DNA of 64,000 nucleotides, taken from positions 32,001 to 96,000 of the IMG/VR virus record IMGVR_UViG_3300020120_000082; one strand, given 5' to 3'. Shown here one piece after another: positions 39,927 to 48,025 of this stretch. Every line of letters starts with the position of its first letter. Position 1 is the stretch's first letter. The notes under the pieces were generated by a model. It was not told where the DNA came from and ran no database searches. It worked only from the letters and a program-made list of their open reading frames with translations. The position numbers and the translations under genes were made by a program. This DNA comes from a virus. Lineage: Duplodnaviria; Caudoviricetes.

Positions 39927-40333
39927 TCCAGCAAGCTTTCGTCGAATTCGGCAATCGTAATCTTGGCTGGCGCTATTTGAACCTTCCCGCCCAGGTAGTA
40001 TTCTTTCCAAATGTCATGGTTCTCTTCCCCTTCCCCAGAAAGAATGAATAGAAAGCCTGGATACTTTTCGCTGATGGCTTGCATATCTTCCCGGTGTTCG
40101 TACCACTTGCATTGATCAAGATTGCCGTCGACCAATTCGGACAGATCGTAATCGTTTCCGAAGTAACTCAGATGCTCCGCCATGATATCATCCAGGATTG
40201 GTAGCTGCTCGATCTTTTTCCCGCAGGCCGAGCAGAACTTACCATCGCCAGGAACATTGTGCAGACAGCTTGGCCGAGTTTCTGGACCAGAATGATGCTT
40301 GATTTCCAGTAAGTAGTTTGTGTAATAGCCCAT
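39923..40333 (-). CDS. Conserved phage hypothetical protein with Zn-ribbon insert
   Basis: MGYYTNY...KWYEH..DM..IS.KYP..LF.L.GEGEE..D.WKEYY.GGK. Confidence 0.7.
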   Translation of the reverse strand: MGYYTNYLLEIKHHSGPETRPSCLHNVPGDGKFCSACGKKIEQLPILDDIMAEHLSYFGNDYDLSELVDGNLDQCKWYEHREDMQAISEKYPGFLFILSGEGEENHDIWKEYYLGGKVQIAPAKITIAEFDESLLE

Positions 40334-40346
40334 TTTATTTTCCCTG

Positions 40347-40376
40347 TTGACAGATTAAATTTGAGTGCGCTATTAT
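40347..40376 (+). promoter_or_regulatory. Sigma70-type promoter firing antisense to the surrounding genes
   Basis: TTGACA-N18-TATTAT. Confidence 0.55.
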
Positions 40377-40382
40377 GAAAGC

Positions 40383-40500
40383 GCACCCTCCTTTCGCCCC
40401 CGGAGATGGTTTTTCTGGAGAGAAATCATCTCCGGGCCGTTCTTATAATCATGATCGATGCATCCCCTTCGGCCACTCGCCCCAACCAGGGAATTCTAGA
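40383..40500 (+). ncRNA. Candidate small RNA with anti-SD motif and 17-bp hairpin
   Basis: 5' CCCUCCUUU followed by hairpin 40399-40436 whose G-U pairs favour the plus strand. Confidence 0.4.
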
Positions 40501-40908
40501 TTAACCTGGCTGGGACGTTTGGTTTTTATCCCCTGTCCAGACGTAAACTCCCCGACTCTTTTTGAGCATCTTTGCGTCAATCAGACGATGGAATGCCAAC
40601 CCCCATGGCACCTGGAATTGAACAGCAATCACGGATACGCGAAGTAAAATCTCCGGCAGAACAATCGCAGCGTACTTCTCCTGCCATTCTAAGCCTGCAC
40701 CATGCACCCTGTTCTTCTTCTCCAAGGCATAGCCCTTCTCGAATTCATACCAGTCCGTGTAATTCATATAGCAGGCGATTTCATAAGCGTCATTGGCGAT
40801 TGGCTTCCACTTGACCGTGTGCGCCACCAGCTTGGCCAGACTATCGCATTGATTTAGTTCCGAGATGTATTCCTTGTCGCACTCGGATAGATAAGTGACA
40901 GCTTTCAC
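40501..40908 (-). CDS. Hypothetical protein
   Basis: Tiling ORF. Confidence 0.6.
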   Translation of the reverse strand: MKAVTYLSECDKEYISELNQCDSLAKLVAHTVKWKPIANDAYEIACYMNYTDWYEFEKGYALEKKNRVHGAGLEWQEKYAAIVLPEILLRVSVIAVQFQVPWGLAFHRLIDAKMLKKSRGVYVWTGDKNQTSQPG

Positions 40909-41159
40909 TCGAAGAACCCCATAGTCAGGCGGAATGCCAGATCGTCATACAGATCTACCAATAGCTGGCGTTCGCTTTTCGTAAGCTTCCTAAATGTTAT
41001 CCCCTTCTTTGCCTTCTCGTCATTGATCGCTTGCTCAACTAGCGGCACATACTCCAGGATGTCATAGAGAATTCTGGCAGTTTCAACAGGGACGTTCATA
41101 GTAAGAGATTGCTTCTTTTTTATGGACATCGTGTGTATTTTCCTGTTTGTATCTTTCAA
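40905..41159 (-). CDS. Hypothetical protein
   Basis: Tiling ORF. Confidence 0.55.
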   Translation of the reverse strand: MKDTNRKIHTMSIKKKQSLTMNVPVETARILYDILEYVPLVEQAINDEKAKKGITFRKLTKSERQLLVDLYDDLAFRLTMGFFE

Positions 41160-41595
41160 TATATTCTAATCTCCAGGATCCTTGTTCTTTGAATGTTTTT
41201 AGTCTATGGCACTTAACGCATCGTATCTCACATTTTTCCATTTCCTTAATGAACCTATCAATCGGACACCCATGTTGTATTGCTCTAGATATATTGAATT
41301 TCTTATCTTTGATGTGGTCAAAATCCAGAAAGACTATGTCACTTTCTCCACAATCTAAACATGGATGAGAAACAAGGTGGTTGAATGCTATTTCCCTTAG
41401 CCTTTTAACTAGATTGGCGTGCGAGGTTGCTACATTCGATCTGTAATCTGGGTGATCTTCATAAAACTTTTTTGACCTGGCTTGCATACATTTACAGCAA
41501 TTAGATTGATGCCCGTCGGATCTATTTTTGTCCTTGTAAAATTTAGATATATCTTTTGTTTCTCCGCAGTGACCACATCTCTTTTTCATGGGCAC
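41083..41595 (-). CDS. HNH endonuclease with N-terminal Zn finger
   Basis: KRCGHCGETK..SKF, PCLDCGE....LDFDH...EMEKCEIRCVKCHR.KT. Confidence 0.85.
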   Translation of the reverse strand: MPMKKRCGHCGETKDISKFYKDKNRSDGHQSNCCKCMQARSKKFYEDHPDYRSNVATSHANLVKRLREIAFNHLVSHPCLDCGESDIVFLDFDHIKDKKFNISRAIQHGCPIDRFIKEMEKCEIRCVKCHRLKTFKEQGSWRLEYIERYKQENTHDVHKKEAISYYERPC

Positions 41596-41600
41596 CCCTT

Positions 41601-41636
41601 AAAAATGCAGGGAGGCACTACCCTGTGCCTCCCTGC
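41601..41636 (-). terminator. Intrinsic terminator closing the protein+RNA cassette
   Basis: GCAGGGAGGCAC-agggta-GTGCCTCCCTGC followed by ATTTTT on the minus strand. Confidence 0.85.
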
Positions 41637-41940
41637 GGTATGCAGATTTCAAGTCTGCGTTGTATTGGCCTATTAGCTCAACAAGCTGGTTTTGACGTGA
41701 TTTGGGGCAATGTTTTATCACTAAACTACAGGGTCATGCGTTTTACTTCACCACCAGAGACCCCGCGAGGATTTAAACCTCGGATCTTTGCCCGCTGACA
41801 AAAGTCAACTTGTTTTTACCCAGGCCCTGAACTTGTTGGAGCAATAAGCTGAGTGTCAGCAACGTCCCGATTTGGGACCGTTGCTATTGTGACCTGACAC
41901 TGACACTGACGCTGACGCTGACAACAAGACTGCTCCCAAA
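41637..41940 (-). ncRNA. Novel structured RNA with permuted tRNA-like (YrlA-topology) module, hexamer repeats and anticodon-like hairpin
   Basis: T-arm 41766-41782, acceptor strands 41759-41765/41729-41735, D-arm 41712-41726, anticodon-position stem 41788-41793/41705-41710 extended by a long helix. Confidence 0.75.
41894..41923 (-). repeat. Five tandem hexamers YGTCAG
   Basis: Plus strand reads CTGACA CTGACA CTGACG CTGACG CTGACA. Confidence 0.95.
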
Positions 41941-41941
41941 G

Positions 41942-42691
41942 TTATTCGCCGTCGATATACTTGAAGATCTTTTCGGACAGCTTCAAATCGACAGCCTGGA
42001 TATCGTTACCGCGCTGGCGAGCCTGCTTGACTGCCGCCAGCAATTCATTCAACCGCTCCATGCGATCCGCCTTGTCCTTCGGAGACAGCATGCCGGAAGT
42101 CTTGACGGTCGTCCAGATTCCATCGCGCACATCCACATCGATCAGATTGACCTGGGCTGGATGCCGATCAGTGGCATCGGCCAGGACAATGCGCTCCTTC
42201 ACCTTCTTCGTGCGATAGGTGATCGACGGCGCAGTCTTGAAAATGTCGTTATCCGCATCCTTGGTCCATTCGTCCGTGATGCTGTTGGTGGGAATGGCTG
42301 CGTACACGCTGCGCAGATCTTCCAGGCGGCTCTCCAGATTCAGCAGCGCCGTCACGGTCATGCCCTGGAAAAGCACCGTCCCGCCATTCAGGATGACGTC
42401 AGCAGATGCACCCGGCAGGGAATTGGACGTTTCCTTGGACAAAACCAGGTCCAGGTAGCGGCCATATTCCTTCTGGAGTGTCCCCAGAACGTCCTTCACC
42501 TCGGCGCTGAGCGGCTTGACTTCAGCCGGAAACTTATCGCCCTTCTCTTCGTCCAGAGTCTGATAGGTCTTGACCTGGCCGACAAACAGCGCCTCGCCGG
42601 TTTCGAAAAGCTTCTTGGTTTCAGCCAGGACTTTCTTGCCCCTGATCTTCAGATCGTCTTCAACTGCCAGCAGTTCGTGGATCTTGCCCAT
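41942..42691 (-). CDS. Uncharacterised ~250-aa helical protein (resembles a widespread family I recall as DUF7873; unverified)
   Basis: K.HELLAVE, G.VKTY, ADVILNG, LLNLE..L, T.RTKKV, AT..HPAQV, SG.L, L..AVK.ARQ..N; AGGAG RBS. Confidence 0.8.
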   Translation of the reverse strand: MGKIHELLAVEDDLKIRGKKVLAETKKLFETGEALFVGQVKTYQTLDEEKGDKFPAEVKPLSAEVKDVLGTLQKEYGRYLDLVLSKETSNSLPGASADVILNGGTVLFQGMTVTALLNLESRLEDLRSVYAAIPTNSITDEWTKDADNDIFKTAPSITYRTKKVKERIVLADATDRHPAQVNLIDVDVRDGIWTTVKTSGMLSPKDKADRMERLNELLAAVKQARQRGNDIQAVDLKLSEKIFKYIDGE

Positions 42692-42734
42692 GTGCGCCTG
42701 ATCTCCTGATTTCCCGTTCGCTATGTTGGTCGTA

Positions 42735-42764
42735 ATATTACACCCGGAATGCTTTATCTGTCAA
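42735..42764 (-). promoter_or_regulatory. Sigma70-type promoter of the protein+RNA cassette
   Basis: TTGACA-N18-TAATAT. Confidence 0.65.
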
Positions 42765-42767
42765 CCG

Positions 42768-43241
42768 CTATTTGGGATGGTTGCGCCGATAATATTTCCT
42801 GGCATTTTGGATGGCACATTGTTTGCAAGTCCTGGCATATCCATCCCGGATCACATTCGAATGCCCAAATTCAAACAGGGATTTATTCTCGTGACAACGG
42901 TTGCAGTGCCGCAAGCCTAGTTTGATCAAGTCTGCGTTTCGATTGGGACGATGAGCGCCCAGATTATGAGACAGTGACGCAATTGAGTTTATGCTGTATC
43001 CAGTCTGATCGGCTATCTTGTCAATGCCGACTCCGTCTGAATAAAGACGAGCTACGACTTTCCTGATCGGCAATTTCCTGGCCACATTCAGTGCCCTGCT
43101 ATTGCCGATGCGAAGTCGAACCGCTTCCCCGGTAATGCCATAAATATCTGCGATTTGTTTGTTATTCTTGCCCTGGCGGCGAAGTTCAAGCATCTCTTCA
43201 TCACGCTGCAAGTAATAATCTCTATCTGGTCTCATTACCAC
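42768..43241 (-). CDS. Double-HTH plus Zn-finger protein
   Basis: KQIADIYGITGEAVR, KIADQTGYS, CNRC...CKQC. Confidence 0.65.
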   Translation of the reverse strand: MVMRPDRDYYLQRDEEMLELRRQGKNNKQIADIYGITGEAVRLRIGNSRALNVARKLPIRKVVARLYSDGVGIDKIADQTGYSINSIASLSHNLGAHRPNRNADLIKLGLRHCNRCHENKSLFEFGHSNVIRDGYARTCKQCAIQNARKYYRRNHPK

Positions 43242-43460
43242 TCGTTATTGAACCAGCTAAGCGTGGCGTGATAAACACCATCCGACTCGTCGGACATATC
43301 CAGGTCCAGGAACGGGTGGCTGTCGTAAGAGTCGTCTGTTTCGCGCCGACGCAGATGAATACAATCCGGACAGTTCGACAGATGGTCTTTCAGGGTTTGC
43401 TCGGTGAATGCCTTGCCACGTTGGCTGCGATAGCGCCCACAGGGAGAACGCAGCGCCGGA

Positions 43461-43664
43461 TTAGTGGTTGTCTTCAGTTTCGGCATCGTCTTTTACCACG
43501 GCTTGGGCATAGCGGTATTCGATATCATCATACTCATCTTTAAAACAAGTCACGCTGACTCCGCCCTGCAATTTCCAGCCATTATCAAGAAATTCCTGTA
43601 CATCTCTCAATACTTCCGAATAGTTTCCCATGGCCAGATTGTATTGCATCATTTCCAACTCCAT
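43461..43664 (-). CDS. DUF1737-like small protein
   Basis: V...LDNGWKLQGGVSV...YAQAVVK. Confidence 0.6.
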   Translation of the reverse strand: MELEMMQYNLAMGNYSEVLRDVQEFLDNGWKLQGGVSVTCFKDEYDDIEYRYAQAVVKDDAETEDNH

Positions 43665-44293
43665 GAATGCCAGTAGGAATGTGTCTGATTATCATTGATC
43701 CAAATGCCCAGTATGTAGTTGTCAGTATTAGCTTTCCCCAGGCTCTCACCTTTAGGGCCTGAGAATTGGGGGCGCTCAGCCAAAGAGACTATGTGCCGCG
43801 GCGGATATTCCTGGAATAGCCCCCTGGATCTTCCCTGGGTGTGAGCAAAGTCAGTGGGCAACAGGAAACAGATGATCCCGTTTGGTGCTAGAAAGCTGAA
43901 CGACTTCCGGATGAAAGCTTCGGCCCACACAAACGGCGGATTGCCAATCACCAGGTCGGGAGCCATCATGGTTGGCATCCACTTTAGATAGTCGGTGCGC
44001 GGGTGCCAGAAATTGTAGTCAGCAGGCTGGACTTTCTTGCGTAACTCTACGCCAGTCAGAACAAGCCCCTGCTGAAAAGATGGCCCAAAGTGATCACGCA
44101 CCGCCCCACCCCAAACGCCACTTCCGGCTCCTGGATCCAGAACGTACTGGATATAAGTGTGTGGGAAGTGCGTGTGAGTTGTCAGCCAGTTGACAGTTGC
44201 CTTGGCCAATGATAGGGGTGTCAGATAGGTGTCGTGAGATATACGAGGTCTAAGTTTTCCGATAACGCTTGAGTCTCTAAATATTACTGGCAT
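43649..44293 (-). CDS. Orphan DNA amino-(N6-adenine) methyltransferase
   Basis: DTYLTP, VLDPGAGSGVWG (motif I), IGNPPF (motif IV), FLLP. Confidence 0.85.
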   Translation of the reverse strand: MPVIFRDSSVIGKLRPRISHDTYLTPLSLAKATVNWLTTHTHFPHTYIQYVLDPGAGSGVWGGAVRDHFGPSFQQGLVLTGVELRKKVQPADYNFWHPRTDYLKWMPTMMAPDLVIGNPPFVWAEAFIRKSFSFLAPNGIICFLLPTDFAHTQGRSRGLFQEYPPRHIVSLAERPQFSGPKGESLGKANTDNYILGIWINDNQTHSYWHSWSWK

Positions 44294-44489
44294 GTTATAT
44301 TTTAGTGGTTCTCGTTGTCGAAATAGTACACCCTGGCAGTCCAGAAATTCTCATCATCCAGAGTGAGCACGACATCGTTGACATGAATAAAGCGACGATA
44401 GAGATCGTCTAGAAATGGACGCATTTCGTTGAATAGATCGCTGACTTTCAGGTGTCCTGCTGAAAAGTATTCGACTTCTAATTTCATCA

Positions 44490-44963
44490 TTAGCCTTTCT
44501 TGATCTTGACCTCTTTGGGATGTATCGCTCTGCCCTTCTTGGGCTTGCCCTTCTTTTTGCCCTCGCCGGTTTGAGACTTAGTGTCCTTGCTCATCTCGGC
44601 TTGAACCTTGCGTGGAAAGTTGATCTTGTCTTGCTCCCATTGTTCATGCCAGCCCTCCGGCATGACAGGGTGTCGCCAGATATAGGGATCCGGAATTGGC
44701 AGGCCCTTGGCATGCAACATCAGCCCAATAGATGACTGACGGCGCTTGAGTAAGTCGATCTTGTCCTGGTATTCCAGATCTGGAATCCAACCATGCTCGT
44801 TATTCTGTCGGATGATGCTAATCTCCGAGTCCAACCCAAGCCAACGGCATTGTAATGGGTGCAGATCGCCTGGGCGAGCCGCTACCATCACGCTGCCGCT
44901 GGTTGGGTTTAGCATGGGCTCGGAGAAGTATCGATTAAGCGCGTCGATCTTCCCCTGATCCAT
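44490..44963 (-). CDS. Hypothetical protein with basic C-terminus
   Basis: Tiling ORF. Confidence 0.6.
   Translation of the reverse strand: MDQGKIDALNRYFSEPMLNPTSGSVMVAARPGDLHPLQCRWLGLDSEISIIRQNNEHGWIPDLEYQDKIDLLKRRQSSIGLMLHAKGLPIPDPYIWRHPVMPEGWHEQWEQDKINFPRKVQAEMSKDTKSQTGEGKKKGKPKKGRAIHPKEVKIKKG
44771..44786. repeat. 16-bp palindrome copy 5 (in CDS, encodes IPDLE)
   Basis: Exact ATTCCAGATCTGGAAT. Confidence 0.95.
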
Positions 44964-45460
44964 TACAGTTCCCAGGAAATGCCTTCCAGAATCGCAACGA
45001 CTTCATCATGCCAGTCTTCGTTTTCATCCAGGTTGCTGATCTCATTGGCAGCTTCTTCGATTGTCTGAACAGTCGACTCGCACATATCGGCCCGCTCCTG
45101 CAACATCTCGCCAGTCGGCCCTTCCTGCAAGCCCTGCGGCATGTTGTCCCGCTTTTCGGTTTGCTCTGCTCCAAGCTGCCTGACTTCATCTGCCAGGGCT
45201 TGCAGATCTCCCTGAATATCATCGATGAAAGTTATCTTTTTCCGCACATCATCGACTAGCGCAATCAGTGTATCTTCCAGGTCATAAGCCTGGGCCTGGA
45301 AGTCGCTGCTGGTGGTTTGGGAGCGCTTGGGCTGCGTCTTGAAATACTGTTTGACAAACCGACCACCCACCTGGTGCGACCATATCCAGTACTGATCGCC
45401 AACTTTTATACCTGCGGCCTTATTCTCTTTGCGTGCCTTCTTGACGTGAATGACTGTCAC
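44963..45460 (-). CDS. Conserved phage coiled-coil protein
   Basis: VKKARK...IK.GD.YW.W, DNMP.GLQEGPTGE.LQER. Confidence 0.7.
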   Translation of the reverse strand: MTVIHVKKARKENKAAGIKVGDQYWIWSHQVGGRFVKQYFKTQPKRSQTTSSDFQAQAYDLEDTLIALVDDVRKKITFIDDIQGDLQALADEVRQLGAEQTEKRDNMPQGLQEGPTGEMLQERADMCESTVQTIEEAANEISNLDENEDWHDEVVAILEGISWEL

Positions 45461-45609
45461 TCGACCACTCCTGTTGGGTAATTTCTAGTGTATGTTTCCA
45501 GTCTCGAATTGCCGCACCACCCCCGGTTTGGGAACTGAACCGCCAGCAAGACACCCTGGCATCGACAATTTTGTTTTCCCAGGATTTCTCCAGTGTGTCT
45601 TTCTCGTCC

Positions 45610-45975
45610 TCATCCATCGATGATATCCTCTGCTGGGCCAGAAACTTGAGCCGGTTGTGGCTTGAAAAACGCCTCCGAGATCAGCGGCAGATCCGCCTTT
45701 CTGTAGTGCATGGCCACTTTCTTGGCCAGCTTGCGATCCGGCAATAGGCTGATGTACTTCAGCGTGATCGGCAATGGCGCTCCGCTCAGGAATTCAACCA
45801 GTTCGTTGACGCTGCACTTCCTGAGCCGCTGATCCAGGCTGGGATCCACTTTCACATGCTTGGTGTCTGGATCCTCCCAGAAACCCATGGCCAAGTCCCA
45901 TTTCACTCTGGTTTTAGGGTCTTCGATCTTGGCTCGTATACCCCAGTATTCAGCATAAGTCAGAGTCGCTGGCAT
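45610..45975 (-). CDS. Hypothetical protein
   Basis: Tiling ORF. Confidence 0.6.
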   Translation of the reverse strand: MPATLTYAEYWGIRAKIEDPKTRVKWDLAMGFWEDPDTKHVKVDPSLDQRLRKCSVNELVEFLSGAPLPITLKYISLLPDRKLAKKVAMHYRKADLPLISEAFFKPQPAQVSGPAEDIIDG

Positions 45976-45984
45976 GTTGTAATC

Positions 45985-46317
45985 TTACACCAATCCGCTC
46001 CTTGCAGCAAACTGATCCATGGCCAATTCATTCTCTTCCAGTGGAACATAATCATCGGGAACATCCTCCCATTCCCACTCATCAATGTCGTCTACCGTTG
46101 GAAAACCTTCCCAATTGAAATACACCTCGACATATTCCGGTCCAAGTGGCTCTCGAAACTGATTGTCGCCAAAGACATTATGCGACTCGGGCAAAATCTT
46201 GGAAAGCTTTTCGACAGCCTCTTCTTTGCTCATGGCCAGCACTCTGGCGCAATAGCCCACTGGCCCATTCGTCGAATTGCCAAGCGAAAAGTGATACGAC
46301 TTCATGCGCCTAGTCAT
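45985..46317 (-). CDS. Acidic hypothetical protein
   Basis: Tiling ORF. Confidence 0.6.
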   Translation of the reverse strand: MTRRMKSYHFSLGNSTNGPVGYCARVLAMSKEEAVEKLSKILPESHNVFGDNQFREPLGPEYVEVYFNWEGFPTVDDIDEWEWEDVPDDYVPLEENELAMDQFAARSGLV

Positions 46318-46867
46318 TGATTAGATCCTTTCCCTTGAATGACCACTGATTGAATTTGACATTCCGCGGCTTATGCTTTTTGGCGTATTCATTCCAGAAG
46401 ATCCTGAATTCCTTATCGATTTCATTCATCTTTCGACTATGCAAACTCCAATCCCAATTGAGTTTCTCGCAAGCATCTGACCAGAGCTTGATCCTTGCTT
46501 TCAATTCATCTGGGCCGACTAATACAACGCAGACGCCCACGTTTCCATCCGGATACATCACCAGGACATCTTTCTTAAGATCGAAAGTCTCTACAAACTT
46601 ATCAACGCCATGCTGGATAGTCTCTTCTTCGGTCAGCCAGCCAAAACAAGTTTCCCCGGCTTTGTGCTTTTCCGAATCCCAACCTAACTTGTTGAGAGTG
46701 GCAGCATCTTTTTTGGAAAGCTTGCCGTACACACTTCTGGTTTCTCTTGCTTGATAATCCTGCTCTCCCTTGCGTTTTGGCCGTTCCCACTTCAGTTCCG
46801 CATAATAATGTTTGGCACCAATAGCTGATGTGCCAATATAGGACCTGATTTCAAGTTCGACAATCAT
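46310..46867 (-). CDS. Hypothetical protein
   Basis: Tiling ORF. Confidence 0.65.
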   Translation of the reverse strand: MIVELEIRSYIGTSAIGAKHYYAELKWERPKRKGEQDYQARETRSVYGKLSKKDAATLNKLGWDSEKHKAGETCFGWLTEEETIQHGVDKFVETFDLKKDVLVMYPDGNVGVCVVLVGPDELKARIKLWSDACEKLNWDWSLHSRKMNEIDKEFRIFWNEYAKKHKPRNVKFNQWSFKGKDLIND

Positions 46868-48025
46868 TGATTACTTGCCCTTTACTAATTTGAACCGACG
46901 AAATTGTTCTCTGGCATCAGCCTCCAGGGCCTTCGTCCAGGTTTCTCCGCGATGTTTCATCTTGCTCCAGACCAGGTAATCCGTTTCTCTATTTTCTCGA
47001 ACCAGAGTTTCGACGTAGTTCCAATCATCTGACACCTGTTCCCGTATTCGCAGGGCTCCGTGATATTCTTCCAGCGCGAATTTCAAAACGGTTTCTGGAA
47101 ACATGCCAGAATTTGATCTAGCGTCGGCCATGCGTAGAATTGCACCAAACCAGTGCGCTTCATAAGCCATCAGCGCGAATTCTTTTTCAGTGGTTGTCTT
47201 CTGAATTGGCATGTTTGGCCTACGCGCACCACTCAACGCTGACAATACTGGTAATGTCCAGCGGCTCTATTTCAATCCACATGGTTTTATTCTTTAGTCT
47301 CTTCAGATATTCGATAGAGCGATGCTGTAAGTATGGATTTCCATCGCTCTCGTGGTAATCATGCCCAGCGCACCAACGTAAGCCTGCCAAAAGTCTCTCC
47401 TTGGCTTCGTTTTCGTCAGCCCCATAGACTAATTCGTTCACCGGGATGTAGTGTTCGCCTCGTATCCGGACAATGAATGGTTTCGAATTGCCTGGATCTT
47501 TCAGGTCCGGAAAAACATCTATCCTGGTACTGCCATTGCGCCAGTATGTGATGCTGTGATCTCCAAGATCCTGGATATGCTCACGCTCGGTTATTTTCAT
47601 TGAACACCCAGTCGTTATCAGCAATCAGATCCGGCCTAAATTCTTTCAGAACCAACGCCAGAATACGTTTGCCCATATCTATGCACTCTTCCTCGGATGG
47701 CCATAAGGCTGGTGTGAACCCATCCGGTTCCTGGCTGTCATACAGAAAGATCAGGGAAGCGATCTGCTCTTCAACTGAAACCTGATGATCTGGATCAAGC
47801 CAGTCTTTGTAGCTCATGGTTTCCTCATACTTTCTGCTCTGATTTGGAGCACTTCACGCTCAGTAAATCCAGCCCGCTCATTGCGCTCGTCGCACAAACG
47901 CCTGGCTAGTTCCCAGTCTTTGCCCCAGCGCCAATCTGTTTTCCAGTAGCCTGTCTCTCCGCGCTTGGCAATGCAGGGAATGATCTGGCCATCTTCATCA
48001 ACTGCCGTTTCCATCACAAAAACAA

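Noticed and set aside
41705-41793. Canonical tRNA gene or two-piece tmRNA
   Set aside because: The halves are in permuted order, there is no anticodon loop in place, no CCA and no G3-U70 alanine identity pair, and a full D-arm is present. Treated as a tRNA-mimic ncRNA instead.
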